Source: Candidatus Poseidoniaceae archaeon
Lineage (GTDB): Archaea; Thermoplasmatota; Poseidoniia; Poseidoniales; Poseidoniaceae
Assembly (NCBI GenBank): GCA_965662895.1
Contig: CBFIJH010000006.1
Span: 56,924-120,923 of the forward strand
DNA length: 64,000 nt
Reading direction: 5' to 3'
A program made the position numbers and the translations under genes. Below are positions 1 to 8,656 of the stretch, one piece after another. Positions within the stretch are counted from its first letter, which is position 1; each line of letters opens with the position of its first letter. Below the pieces are notes generated by a model, which made no database searches, was not told the DNA's origin, and saw only the letters and a list, made by a program, of their open reading frames with translations.

Positions 1-225
1 AACTTTATCGAACGCACGACATACACATATCGTCACAAAGGCCATCAGCGAGAAAAAGAAGTGTTTTGGTTTCTTGCATACACAGATTCGCTTGACGTTG
101 AACTGTCACATGAACATCGCGACTATCTCTGGCTGGATTGGGAACAAGCCCTCGCCCAATTAACCCATGATGAAACGCGGGAAGTTGTCCGAAAAGCATG
201 GAACATGGTGAAGTCTAACAACTAG
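1..225 (+). CDS. Nudix hydrolase, Ap4A hydrolase (NUDT2)-like, 3' part only (truncated by window edge)
   Basis: Not in the ORF track. Frame +1 is open from base 1 to TAG at 223-225 and reads ...KEVFWFLAYTDSLDVELSHEHRDYLWLDWEQALAQL..., matching the LSHEH-x-Y-x-W C-terminal signature of asymmetric Ap4A hydrolases. Confidence 0.75.
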   Translation, partial: NFIERTTYTYRHKGHQREKEVFWFLAYTDSLDVELSHEHRDYLWLDWEQALAQLTHDETREVVRKAWNMVKSNN

Positions 226-920
226 ATGTGTTCCAAATCAGAATCATGTTCTGCTTGACGAAGAATTGAGGATGCAATACCTGACTCGTTCCCTCGCTTA
301 CCGAGCGGTTGCCACAACTTTTCTTCTTCCCCAAGCACCGCTGTAATCCATCTGCTCATCACAAACAGCCAGTCCGAGAGTCGGTTGACGTAGGTCAAAA
401 CAAGGGGCCTGATCGATTGTTCTCCTTCGTGCTGACGTAAGCGGACAATACCCCGCTCAAGTCGGCGGGCAACGGTCCTAGCATGATGGAGCATTGCCTG
501 TGGAGCACCACCTGCTGGGAGAATAAATGATGTCAATGGCTCGGTTTGTGTCAACCATGCATCCATATCTGAAACCAACATGTCGGATTGATTTTCGTTG
601 ATGAGAACCATGTAATCTGGGATGTTTTCAGGCGGGCATGCAAGTTCAGCTCCAAGATCGAACAATTCGTGCTGGATTCGGGAGAGGGCCGTGTCACAGA
701 TGAATTGAACTCTACCTGCACCTTTCCGTTCACCTCCATCGCTGTGTTGCAACGGAATTCGTGAACTTTCCATCCGAACAAGGCCGATGATGGAATTCAA
801 TTCATCACAGTCACCGACGACTGAGAATCTCAAGTCTGATTTCAATCGTCGACTTCCGTCAACAAGCGAGGATTCTCCTTCGTCTCCGCCACCTGTGTGA
901 ACCCGGTCAATTCGTACCAT
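222..920 (-). CDS. pduO: ATP:cob(I)alamin adenosyltransferase, PduO type
   Basis: Motifs RVHTGGGDEGESSL, GDCDELNS, IQHELFDLGAEL, FILPAG, ARTVARRLER and YVNRLSDWLFV. Confidence 0.92.
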   Translation of the reverse strand: MVRIDRVHTGGGDEGESSLVDGSRRLKSDLRFSVVGDCDELNSIIGLVRMESSRIPLQHSDGGERKGAGRVQFICDTALSRIQHELFDLGAELACPPENIPDYMVLINENQSDMLVSDMDAWLTQTEPLTSFILPAGGAPQAMLHHARTVARRLERGIVRLRQHEGEQSIRPLVLTYVNRLSDWLFVMSRWITAVLGEEEKLWQPLGKRGNESGIASSILRQAEHDSDLEHI

Positions 921-944
921 GCCGTTCCCCTTGTTCGTGGGAAG

Positions 945-1427
945 TTATGCTTCTATGAGTGGTTTTCGGGATGAAAAGCCTTCATCAAGACCATAATACC
1001 ACTCAATATCTGCTTCTCCGGAAGTCCAAGAATAAAGCATGAGTTGGTTATCGACAACGCCATGCCACTCGATTCGCCCTGGGTCAAGACCTGCAACTCG
1101 GGCCCCTTTCTTCTCAATCTTGGCCACTGTTTGTTGCCAATGGGCAACGAGCCCACCGAGCAACTCAGACATCTCGACAACGTGGGGATGTTCAGGAGGG
1201 AGGGATTCAAGTAGAATCTCAATCTCTTCGGTCATATCATGTGCCTCGTCAACAATCGCTTGCAAGGCGGCCAACTGGCGTTCCACGAATGGGAGTGATT
1301 CTCGAACTTGTTCGATGCTTAGGATACTCAAATTTTCAAGGTCGAGACGATCAACTTCGTCCTGATGCAAATCCTCCAACATCATGGGTTGTCCAGAAAA
1401 CAATGGTTCTCTGTCGAGATTGAACAT
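945..1427 (-). CDS. DUF2203-family protein
   Basis: Helical N-terminal half, then GRIEW...LYSWTSGEADIEWYYGLDEGFSSRKPL, typical of the DUF2203 C-terminus. Confidence 0.7.
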   Translation of the reverse strand: MFNLDREPLFSGQPMMLEDLHQDEVDRLDLENLSILSIEQVRESLPFVERQLAALQAIVDEAHDMTEEIEILLESLPPEHPHVVEMSELLGGLVAHWQQTVAKIEKKGARVAGLDPGRIEWHGVVDNQLMLYSWTSGEADIEWYYGLDEGFSSRKPLIEA

Positions 1428-1490
1428 GAAGGCATGTTCTTCATGGCACCACTTAATCTCATCGGAGACATTTGATGCAACGGCTAGGTT

Positions 1491-1748
1491 TCAATGGTTA
1501 ACTTGAATTTGCGCAGGGGGATTCATTCTCGAAAGAAGACGTTTTCCGAAATACATAACCACATACGCCCATACCGCTATTTCGATAATCAGGAGCACAT
1601 AGTACCACTTTCCGAGGGATTCAACCATGGCAATGGGATCAAACGGAACGCCATTGAAACCCATGTATACAGCTTGTGCAAAGAGATTTGCAGCCGACCA
1701 AATCATCACCATAATGAGAAACAACCTGACGGATATGTGCTTGTTCAT
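1491..1748 (-). CDS. Small membrane protein (2 TM), hypothetical
   Basis: 85 aa with two hydrophobic segments. TTTAAA box at 1773-1778, about 27 nt upstream of the ATG. Confidence 0.65.
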   Translation of the reverse strand: MNKHISVRLFLIMVMIWSAANLFAQAVYMGFNGVPFDPIAMVESLGKWYYVLLIIEIAVWAYVVMYFGKRLLSRMNPPAQIQVNH

Positions 1749-1772
1749 ATTGATAAATCTACTTTTACGTTC

Positions 1773-1778
1773 TTTAAA
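1773..1778 (-). promoter_or_regulatory. Archaeal TATA box for the leaderless 85-aa membrane protein gene
   Basis: TTTAAA about 25-30 nt upstream of the ATG at 1748. Confidence 0.5.
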
Positions 1779-1833
1779 TTATCTCGTTTCTGTGTGGGCT
1801 CCCACGGGTTTCAAGGGAAACCTTCAGATTCGG

Positions 1834-2601
1834 CTACGCTTCTTGACGAATAGGTAAGCGCTCTGCAGCCTGAGAATCAAGTCTTGTGAGTTCATCATGA
1901 ATGGCTTGTATGTATTCTGGAGCCACAGCGGATTCACCACCTTCTCGTTCAAGATAATCTTGCCAAGTACTCGCCTCATCGTCGTTTCCAAGAAAAAGAT
2001 GAATCCTATGAAGCGCAACGTATGCCATTGGATTGAGGTGCTCTTCATCCGCATCCCATCCTTTTTCAAAGCACTCTATCGCTCCATTTCTGCCTGTTAG
2101 GCGACCTTGCATAAGCGCAACCATGCCGGCTTGGGACCAAGCGCGTGGAAGTTTTCCGATGAGTAAACCCCGGAAAACAAGCCAAGTTTCTCCCGCACCC
2201 AAAACAACGATGGTCAGAAAGCCAGCCCATTGCTCAACTTGTGAAAGATCGTCCCATGTCATGACCATGAGGCCGACTACTCCAACACAGAACATGATGC
2301 CGGAGTAAGGCGCAACCAACACATCGCGTTGTGTTTGTGCAAGTTGGTACACGCCCGCAACCAAGCCAAATCCACCGATACCTGATAACATGACAAAATG
2401 GGCAAAGACAGTCATTGGGTTCGGCGCTGCTTGTCCGATGAGCACCATGGATGTCAAGACAACAACAAGCCAACCAAAGCGATTGCTGGGTCGAGGAAAT
2501 GGTTGATTTTTGCTGTTGTAAATCAGAGAAATTCCGACCAACATCTCGAATGCGATGAGCGCCCATCGTAAACTTGAATCATCGGTAAATGGAAGTGCCA
2601 T
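1834..2601 (-). CDS. Hypothetical multi-pass membrane protein with C-terminal helical (TPR-like) domain
   Basis: About 5 hydrophobic segments followed by an AWSQAG...AIECFEKG...MAYVALHRIH helical pattern. Confidence 0.7.
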   Translation of the reverse strand: MALPFTDDSSLRWALIAFEMLVGISLIYNSKNQPFPRPSNRFGWLVVVLTSMVLIGQAAPNPMTVFAHFVMLSGIGGFGLVAGVYQLAQTQRDVLVAPYSGIMFCVGVVGLMVMTWDDLSQVEQWAGFLTIVVLGAGETWLVFRGLLIGKLPRAWSQAGMVALMQGRLTGRNGAIECFEKGWDADEEHLNPMAYVALHRIHLFLGNDDEASTWQDYLEREGGESAVAPEYIQAIHDELTRLDSQAAERLPIRQEA

Positions 2602-2637
2602 GAGATACGCTCCTTTGGAACATGCAGTGCCTGTCAG

Positions 2638-3060
2638 TCATTCCTTATGATAAGATGTTCCTTTGTTGATTTGAAAAGCGCGGTACAATTGTTCAAGAAA
2701 CAGAACTGCAGCAAATTCATGCGGAAATGTCATCTCTGAAAGTGATATTCGGGGTATGTGCTTGCCGAAATCTTGCCACCCTTCTGCAGGCCCGATTGCA
2801 AAATGTGAATCGGCGGAGAGAAGCGTTAGGGATTTTATTTTTCCAGCAAATTCCATTGAAGTAAACGTTGAGCCATGCTCATCAAGAAGGAACAACTTTC
2901 CGTTCATCGCTTCGAGTTTTGAAACGTACTTGCTCAATTCGTCGCTATGAATGTGTACTGTCAATCCTGTACCTTGCAACCGAGATTGGTAAGTTTCTGC
3001 CAATTCTTTCAACGCTGAGTCCTTTAGGCGGCCGTGAAGATGAAGGTGCATTCTCCCCAT
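2638..3060 (-). CDS. rlmH: 23S rRNA (pseudouridine1915-N3)-methyltransferase RlmH (SPOUT)
   Basis: Motifs LLDEHG, FAIGPAEGW and ISLSEMTFPHEFAAVLFLEQLYRA...YHK. Start moved to ATG 3060 (MGRMHL) to avoid overlap with the divergent gene. Confidence 0.88.
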   Translation of the reverse strand: MGRMHLHLHGRLKDSALKELAETYQSRLQGTGLTVHIHSDELSKYVSKLEAMNGKLFLLDEHGSTFTSMEFAGKIKSLTLLSADSHFAIGPAEGWQDFGKHIPRISLSEMTFPHEFAAVLFLEQLYRAFQINKGTSYHKE

Positions 3061-3131
3061 AACCTCGCTGAAACGTTCATCTTTTTCATCTTCATGCGAA
3101 AGATGAAAGGATAGGTCGGCGTAGTTCTTCC

Positions 3132-3467
3132 ATGGGTTGGTGGCCATTTGGCAAAAAAACATCGCCCAGAAAGCGCATTGATGATCCTTTGAGAAAAGAC
3201 ACGAGGCAGTGGTTATCTGAACTACGAGATGTATGCGAAATGAACTTCGACAACCCAGAAGGTGCGCGCAGAGAAATTCGTCAGATGCAGGTCAATTGGC
3301 ACCAGGCATTTGCTGAAGGCATACTTCCTGAATACAACCGAGAAGGACTTGAAAGCCGCGCATATCGCTTGTTGGCATGCTCCGATGATGAATGGATGAC
3401 ATGGCTTGATGATGAAGAATTTTGGAAACCCGGCTGGCGACCTGACCAAGACCTTAACGAGGATTGA
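3132..3467 (+). CDS. Hypothetical protein, Trp-rich/acidic
   Basis: 111-aa ORF that fills the gap between rlmH and the GST-like gene, with protein-like composition. Confidence 0.65.
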   Translation: MGWWPFGKKTSPRKRIDDPLRKDTRQWLSELRDVCEMNFDNPEGARREIRQMQVNWHQAFAEGILPEYNREGLESRAYRLLACSDDEWMTWLDDEEFWKPGWRPDQDLNED

Positions 3468-3492
3468 AGAAGGGTCTGCGTTTCCTAAGCAC

Positions 3493-4182
3493 ATGGGCCA
3501 AGCGACTCTGCACGTGCTCCAAACCTGTCCGTTTTCTTGGAAGGTTCGCGGTTTAATCGAACATCTTGGACTTGATGTTGATGAAGTACAGGTTAATGCA
3601 ATGCGCACCAAAAAGGAGCTTTCCTTCACGAACGGGTGGAACAAAGTTCCAGTCTTTACCGATAAGGACGGAGAAGTAGTTGTCGATTCAACGCCGATTA
3701 TGATGTACATTGATAACAAATACAACGACGGGGCTCTTGCGAAAAACGAAGATCAAGAACGATATGACACGATGTTTGCCCATGTTGATGAGGCGTGGAA
3801 ACGTGCAACAATTCCAATCCTTTACGGTTCACTCGGTGCGGCCCTGAGTACGACTCGACGTGTTTCAAAACTGGAAAAATTCGGATTCATCTCACGCCGC
3901 CTCTATGCGTGGGCAGGATTCCCAATCATGTGGGGAATTATTGCACGAAAACGGGTGAAAAAGGATGGGCGCTCACCAAAGAAACTTTGGCACGACCTAC
4001 TCACAGAGTACACATCTTCATTCAATGGCCATCAATTCTTTGGAGGAGAACATCCGAATCTGGTTGATTTTGCTGCTTTTGGATACATGCGATCGATTTC
4101 CCCTTTCAAACAATTCAAACTTCTTGAAGAACATGAATTGGGCATGAAGTGGTACAATTCCATGGAACAACAACTGAAGTGA
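3493..4182 (+). CDS. Glutaredoxin/GST-fold protein, prostaglandin E synthase 2 (mPGES-2)-like
   Basis: TCPFSWKVR, NKVPV...VDST and FFGGEHPNLVDFAAFG...WY align by eye with the mPGES-2 family. Start set at ATG 3493. Confidence 0.8.
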   Translation: MGQATLHVLQTCPFSWKVRGLIEHLGLDVDEVQVNAMRTKKELSFTNGWNKVPVFTDKDGEVVVDSTPIMMYIDNKYNDGALAKNEDQERYDTMFAHVDEAWKRATIPILYGSLGAALSTTRRVSKLEKFGFISRRLYAWAGFPIMWGIIARKRVKKDGRSPKKLWHDLLTEYTSSFNGHQFFGGEHPNLVDFAAFGYMRSISPFKQFKLLEEHELGMKWYNSMEQQLK

Positions 4183-4186
4183 TTCT

Positions 4187-5050
4187 GTGAAGACCATCAA
4201 CATCAAAGGCTTGGAATTCATTCCAATCGATACGGGTAGTTCTTGGCTTGGAAGCGACAAAGGTGGCTGGATTTACGCCAGTCAACGACCTAGATATGAG
4301 GTGCGATTGCCTGCATTTTACATTCTAAAACATCCGCTTAGTCGAAGACAGGTCGCCATGTTGCTTGATGAGGATCAAAACATCGATTATCCAAATACTC
4401 CCATGACAGGATTGACAATTCCTGAAATTGAATCACTCAAAGAGAAAATCGCGATTGGACTCAACGCTCTTGAGTTGGAAGATGCATATGATGTACGCCT
4501 TCCATCCTTCCCTGAATGGAATCATGCTTTCTCGAGCATCGATCTTCAACCAGGAATTGTGGAAATTCTCAGTGATGCAGCAGCGACCAGCCATCGCGGA
4601 GGCATGATGGACGGGCGTCCACGGCCGATTGAGACCAATGGCCCACTTCAATACCATCGACTCGCAGTCGAAATGCATCCAAGAAAGGTTGAGTCCTTTG
4701 CGACGTCCAACATTCCAGTTGACCGACCGCTACCGAACACAGTCGTTCGTTTCGTTCTTTCTCCACCACGAACCTCCCCCATTCGCCGGGTTCCTGAGAG
4801 AGCAGATCTCATTGGTAACTTGAAAACTGAGATATTTTGGACGACTGTTCTGGGAATCATCCCTTCGTTTTTGATACCAATTCTTCGAGGTTTTGAATCG
4901 TATGCACTCGATGGTTGGGTCAACCTCCTGTTTGGGGGACTTGTCGCAGGATTTGTTACAGGAGCGATTTGGCGTCCTCGTCGGCCATCAATAGCATACG
5001 AAGAGGGCGTTCAGGAGTCCGATGGGTTGCTCGCTAACGTTTCCCAATAA
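4187..5050 (+). CDS. FGE-sulfatase (SUMF1)-like N-terminal domain protein with two C-terminal TM helices
   Basis: Motifs FIPI..G...LGS, RPRYEVRLPAFYILKHPLS, PMTG and RLPSFPEW. No cysteines. Hydrophobic C-terminal hairpin. Confidence 0.65.
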   Translation: MKTINIKGLEFIPIDTGSSWLGSDKGGWIYASQRPRYEVRLPAFYILKHPLSRRQVAMLLDEDQNIDYPNTPMTGLTIPEIESLKEKIAIGLNALELEDAYDVRLPSFPEWNHAFSSIDLQPGIVEILSDAAATSHRGGMMDGRPRPIETNGPLQYHRLAVEMHPRKVESFATSNIPVDRPLPNTVVRFVLSPPRTSPIRRVPERADLIGNLKTEIFWTTVLGIIPSFLIPILRGFESYALDGWVNLLFGGLVAGFVTGAIWRPRRPSIAYEEGVQESDGLLANVSQ

Positions 5051-7329
5051 GAATCCTTACGAATTGCATCAGCGACACAAATCGATGCCATATTGACAAT
5101 ATGTCGAACACCATCTTGGCGTGCCACAAGTTGAACAGGGTGTTTCATACCCTCGAGAATCGGACCTGTCATCTCTGCATCTGCGAGTTGTTCCAACATC
5201 TTGTAAACGATGTTTGCAGATGCGAGGTTCGGCAAAACAAGAATGTTCGCAGCCCCAGTGAATTCCATGAATGGATATTCCTTTTGGACGTTCGAATCAA
5301 GAGCTGTATCAGCTTGCATTGGACCATCAATGACCAATGTTGGGTCAAGGATGCGTGCAATTTCAACCGCTTCTTCAATTCGATCGCTACGTTGTTCACG
5401 AGTACTTCCGAAATTCGAAAAGGAAAGCAATGCAACCTTCGGGTCAACACCAAACCTTCGTGCCACTTTTGCAGTCTGTACTGCGATTTCAGCCAACGTT
5501 CGGCTATCTGGATAAACGTTCACTGTCGCATCTGCCAAGAATAGAATCTTACCTTTGATGGTTACCATGTAGCAGCCGATTAGGCAATGCGCATCGTCAG
5601 CAGCGCCTATTGTTTCCAAAACTGGGCGAAGAACGTCGCTGTAATTCCTGCTCACGCCTCCCACAAAGCCGTCAGCATCCCCTGACTCAACCATTTGACT
5701 AGCGAAATATGGCCGGCTCTTGAGCAAACGCTGAGCATCCGCTTTCGTTACACCTTTTCGTTTTCTTCGTTTGAACAATGCATCTGCATAAACGCCTTTC
5801 CGACGATCATCGAAACGCGGATCGTAACATTCGTACTCGAAATGAAAATGCAATTCTTCCATCATACGAGCAATACGTTCCTCCGGACCCAGCAAGATTG
5901 GTTTGCAGATTTTCTGTTCAGCCAATTGAGCGGCAGCGCGAATCACTTTCTCATTGTCGCCTTCGGGGAATACGATGCGCTTGTTTCGTCGACGGACCTG
6001 GTTGATGATACTCCGCATAATCGAGTAGGTCATTCCTAGTCGGGCCTCCAAATCCTCACGGTAGGATTGCATGGAGAATTCCTCTGGTAAGATGGATGCA
6101 ACTCCCTCTTCGACTGCTGCTTGAGCGACTGCTGATGCTTCCCAAATCAGAACGCGACGGTCGAATGGTTTGGGAATGATGTATTCTGGCCCATATTCCA
6201 TCGTTGCACCATCGTACGCCTCTGAAATGTAATCAGGTACTGGTTGCTTTGCAAGTTCGGCAAGGGACCGTGTTGCAGCCATCTTCATGTTCGGTGTAAT
6301 GTCTCGAGCCCGCACATCAAGGGCGCCTCGGAAGATGTATGGGAAGCCGAGGACGTTGTTGACTTGATTGGGATAATCCGAGCGTCCAGTGGCGATAATC
6401 GCATCGTTGCGTACCTCAAGAATGTCCTCTGGCATAATTTCTGGTGTTGGGTTTGCAAGTGCGAAAACAATTGGCTTTTCTGCCATCGCTGAAACCATTT
6501 CTTGACTCACGAGTCCTCCTTTTGATAAACCAAGAAGCACATCTGCACCCTTCATGGCATCGAGAAGTTGGCCATCATCGCAGTCAGCTGCAAACTTTGC
6601 CTTGTATTGATTCAGTTCGCCTCGGTCAAGACGTCCTTTTGTGATGATGCCTTGGGAGTCGACCATCTTGATGTTCGATCGCTGAACACCAAGTGCAACG
6701 TAGTGTTCTGCACATGCAAACGCAGATGCACCTGCACCTACGACAACAACAGAGATGTCGTCCAGTTCCTTTTCTTGAAGTTCAACAGCATTCAACAATG
6801 CTGCACCGGAAATGATGGCAGTCCCATGCTGATCGTCATGCATGACAGGAATATCCGTTGCTTCTGCAATTCTACGCTCGATTTCAAAGCATTCTGGAGC
6901 TTTGATGTCTTCAAGGTTGATGCCTCCAAACGTCTTGGAAATGTTGACAACAGTCTGGATGAACTCCTCTGGGTCGGTCACATCGATTTCGATATCAAAG
7001 ACATCGATATCTGCAAACGTTTTGAGCAACAATCCCTTTCCTTCCATGACTGGTTTGCTCGCTAGTGCTCCGATGTTACCAAGGCCTAGAACGGCTGTAC
7101 CGTTGGAAATAACAGCGACCAGATTTCCTTTAGATGTGTATCGGTACGCATCTTCTGGACGCTCAGCGATTTCAAGACAAGGGTATGCAACTCCTGGCGA
7201 GTATGCGAGAGAAAGTTCGTGTGCTGTAGAATGTGGTTTTGTAGGTACAACCTTGATTTTTCCTTGAGGCGCTTCCTCATGGTAATCAAGGGCTTCTTTT
7301 CGAAGAAGTTGGTCTTTCTTGTCGTCCAT
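5011..7329 (-). CDS. maeB: NADP-dependent malic enzyme with phosphotransacetylase-like domain
   Basis: Motifs ALDYH, LSLAYSPGVA, GTAVLGLG, KPVMEGK, INLEDIKAPECF, HDDQHGT and QVNNVLGFP; PTA domain IVFPEG...DGPMQAD. Start at MDDKK (7329). Confidence 0.96.
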   Translation of the reverse strand: MDDKKDQLLRKEALDYHEEAPQGKIKVVPTKPHSTAHELSLAYSPGVAYPCLEIAERPEDAYRYTSKGNLVAVISNGTAVLGLGNIGALASKPVMEGKGLLLKTFADIDVFDIEIDVTDPEEFIQTVVNISKTFGGINLEDIKAPECFEIERRIAEATDIPVMHDDQHGTAIISGAALLNAVELQEKELDDISVVVVGAGASAFACAEHYVALGVQRSNIKMVDSQGIITKGRLDRGELNQYKAKFAADCDDGQLLDAMKGADVLLGLSKGGLVSQEMVSAMAEKPIVFALANPTPEIMPEDILEVRNDAIIATGRSDYPNQVNNVLGFPYIFRGALDVRARDITPNMKMAATRSLAELAKQPVPDYISEAYDGATMEYGPEYIIPKPFDRRVLIWEASAVAQAAVEEGVASILPEEFSMQSYREDLEARLGMTYSIMRSIINQVRRRNKRIVFPEGDNEKVIRAAAQLAEQKICKPILLGPEERIARMMEELHFHFEYECYDPRFDDRRKGVYADALFKRRKRKGVTKADAQRLLKSRPYFASQMVESGDADGFVGGVSRNYSDVLRPVLETIGAADDAHCLIGCYMVTIKGKILFLADATVNVYPDSRTLAEIAVQTAKVARRFGVDPKVALLSFSNFGSTREQRSDRIEEAVEIARILDPTLVIDGPMQADTALDSNVQKEYPFMEFTGAANILVLPNLASANIVYKMLEQLADAEMTGPILEGMKHPVQLVARQDGVRHIVNMASICVADAIRKDSYWETLASNPSDS

Positions 7330-7483
7330 TTCGTTCCCCTGAGTTCGCCTTGGACGCATCAATGGTTTGAGTCTTCGCTCTTTATTAGCGTCATTTGAGG
7401 GGTTCCTAATGTTGATTAAAGCCACCGTTGACAATAGAAGAACTATTGAAGGTGCCGAATAGTGTTTGTCTAGAGGAGAACAC

Positions 7484-8470
7484 ATGCGGTCTCGTATTCT
7501 TGCTGCGTTGTGCCCACTTTTGTTGCTGTTAACCTCAATGAGCGGTTGCCTTTCCGAATCGGTGGAAGTTGCACAGGAATCAGATGGTGAGGTGTTCGCC
7601 ACCGAACCCGTGGATGTGCGAGAGTGCTTCGAATATGATGACAAAGAACGATGCTGGTTCGTCCATGTTCCTGCAAACACCTCGCTTGAATTTTGTCAAG
7701 AACATTCTTGCCCCCTGCTCATCGATATCCACGGCCGGCACGTGACCGCCGAACTGCAGAACAATCTCTCCGATTTCGCCCGCGTCACCGATGAGGACCA
7801 CACGATTCTCTTGCACCCAGAGGGTATCGGCCTAGGATGGAATTTTGGCTGGTGCTGTGGTGAGGAAGACGACGTCGGCTTCCTGCTTGCGTTAATCGAT
7901 CACATGATCGAAAACAGATCAGCTGATGCGAGTCGCGTGTACTTGAGCGGATGGAGCAACGGCTGTTTTATGAGCCAAGAAATGGCAATGGTGGCCAGCC
8001 ACAAAATCACCGCTATCGCTTGCATGGCCGGATATACCGAAGAGCCGAAATCGGCCGATTACTCACCCATTCCCGTCATGGAATTCCACGGGTTTTTGGA
8101 TCCAGGCGTCCTCTACGGCCATTCTTCGACCGCGTCTTTTCAAGTCGCGGGCACACTGGAAGGGGACGAGGGCGCCATCCAGAACCTCTACTATTGGGCA
8201 GACGCTAACGGGTGCTCTGGGCTGGTACCCGACTTTGAGACGGTCGAATCAGACCACTCGATCAAGAAATTCACGGAGTGCGAAAACGGTTCACAAGCCG
8301 CGTTGTACACCTTGAATCTCGCTCAGCACAACCCTTACCTCAACGACTACGAAGGTGCCGACGGCCCCTTCAATGAGGCGACTTTGAAAGGCAACCCAAC
8401 GGGCTTGGACATCACGGCCATCGCGTGGGAGTTCCTGCGCGAGTTCGACAAAGATGAACCGATGGCTTGA
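7484..8470 (+). CDS. Secreted lipoprotein esterase, LpqC/PHB-depolymerase-like alpha/beta hydrolase
   Basis: Lipobox-like LLTSMSGC, PLLIDIHG, WNFGWCC..DDVGFL, DASRVYLSGWSNG (nucleophile elbow), PVMEFHG..D and WADANGC. GAGGAG SD before ATG 7484. Confidence 0.85.
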   Translation: MRSRILAALCPLLLLLTSMSGCLSESVEVAQESDGEVFATEPVDVRECFEYDDKERCWFVHVPANTSLEFCQEHSCPLLIDIHGRHVTAELQNNLSDFARVTDEDHTILLHPEGIGLGWNFGWCCGEEDDVGFLLALIDHMIENRSADASRVYLSGWSNGCFMSQEMAMVASHKITAIACMAGYTEEPKSADYSPIPVMEFHGFLDPGVLYGHSSTASFQVAGTLEGDEGAIQNLYYWADANGCSGLVPDFETVESDHSIKKFTECENGSQAALYTLNLAQHNPYLNDYEGADGPFNEATLKGNPTGLDITAIAWEFLREFDKDEPMA

Positions 8471-8656
8471 TGCTGTATCTACGCCGGCGTTTGTCACCAA
8501 AACACAGAATATTTCTTACGTCGTTCTACACCTAAAGAAACTCAAATTCGCTTGCGATTGGCTTCTTTTGAAAGGTTCTGAATGGTGGTCGATACAACCG
8601 TATTCTATGGAAGGACTATGGAGGATGTTGATATCTGAGCCATCAGGGGCAAATGT

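Noticed and set aside
7330-7680. 117-aa N-terminal extension of the malic enzyme ORF (889 aa in the track)
   Set aside because: It overlaps the divergent esterase gene; homology begins at MDDKK...ALDYH (7329).
8605-8626. Direct repeat CTATGGAAGGA / CTATGGAGGA upstream of pyk
   Set aside because: Only two short imperfect copies; not distinguishable from chance.
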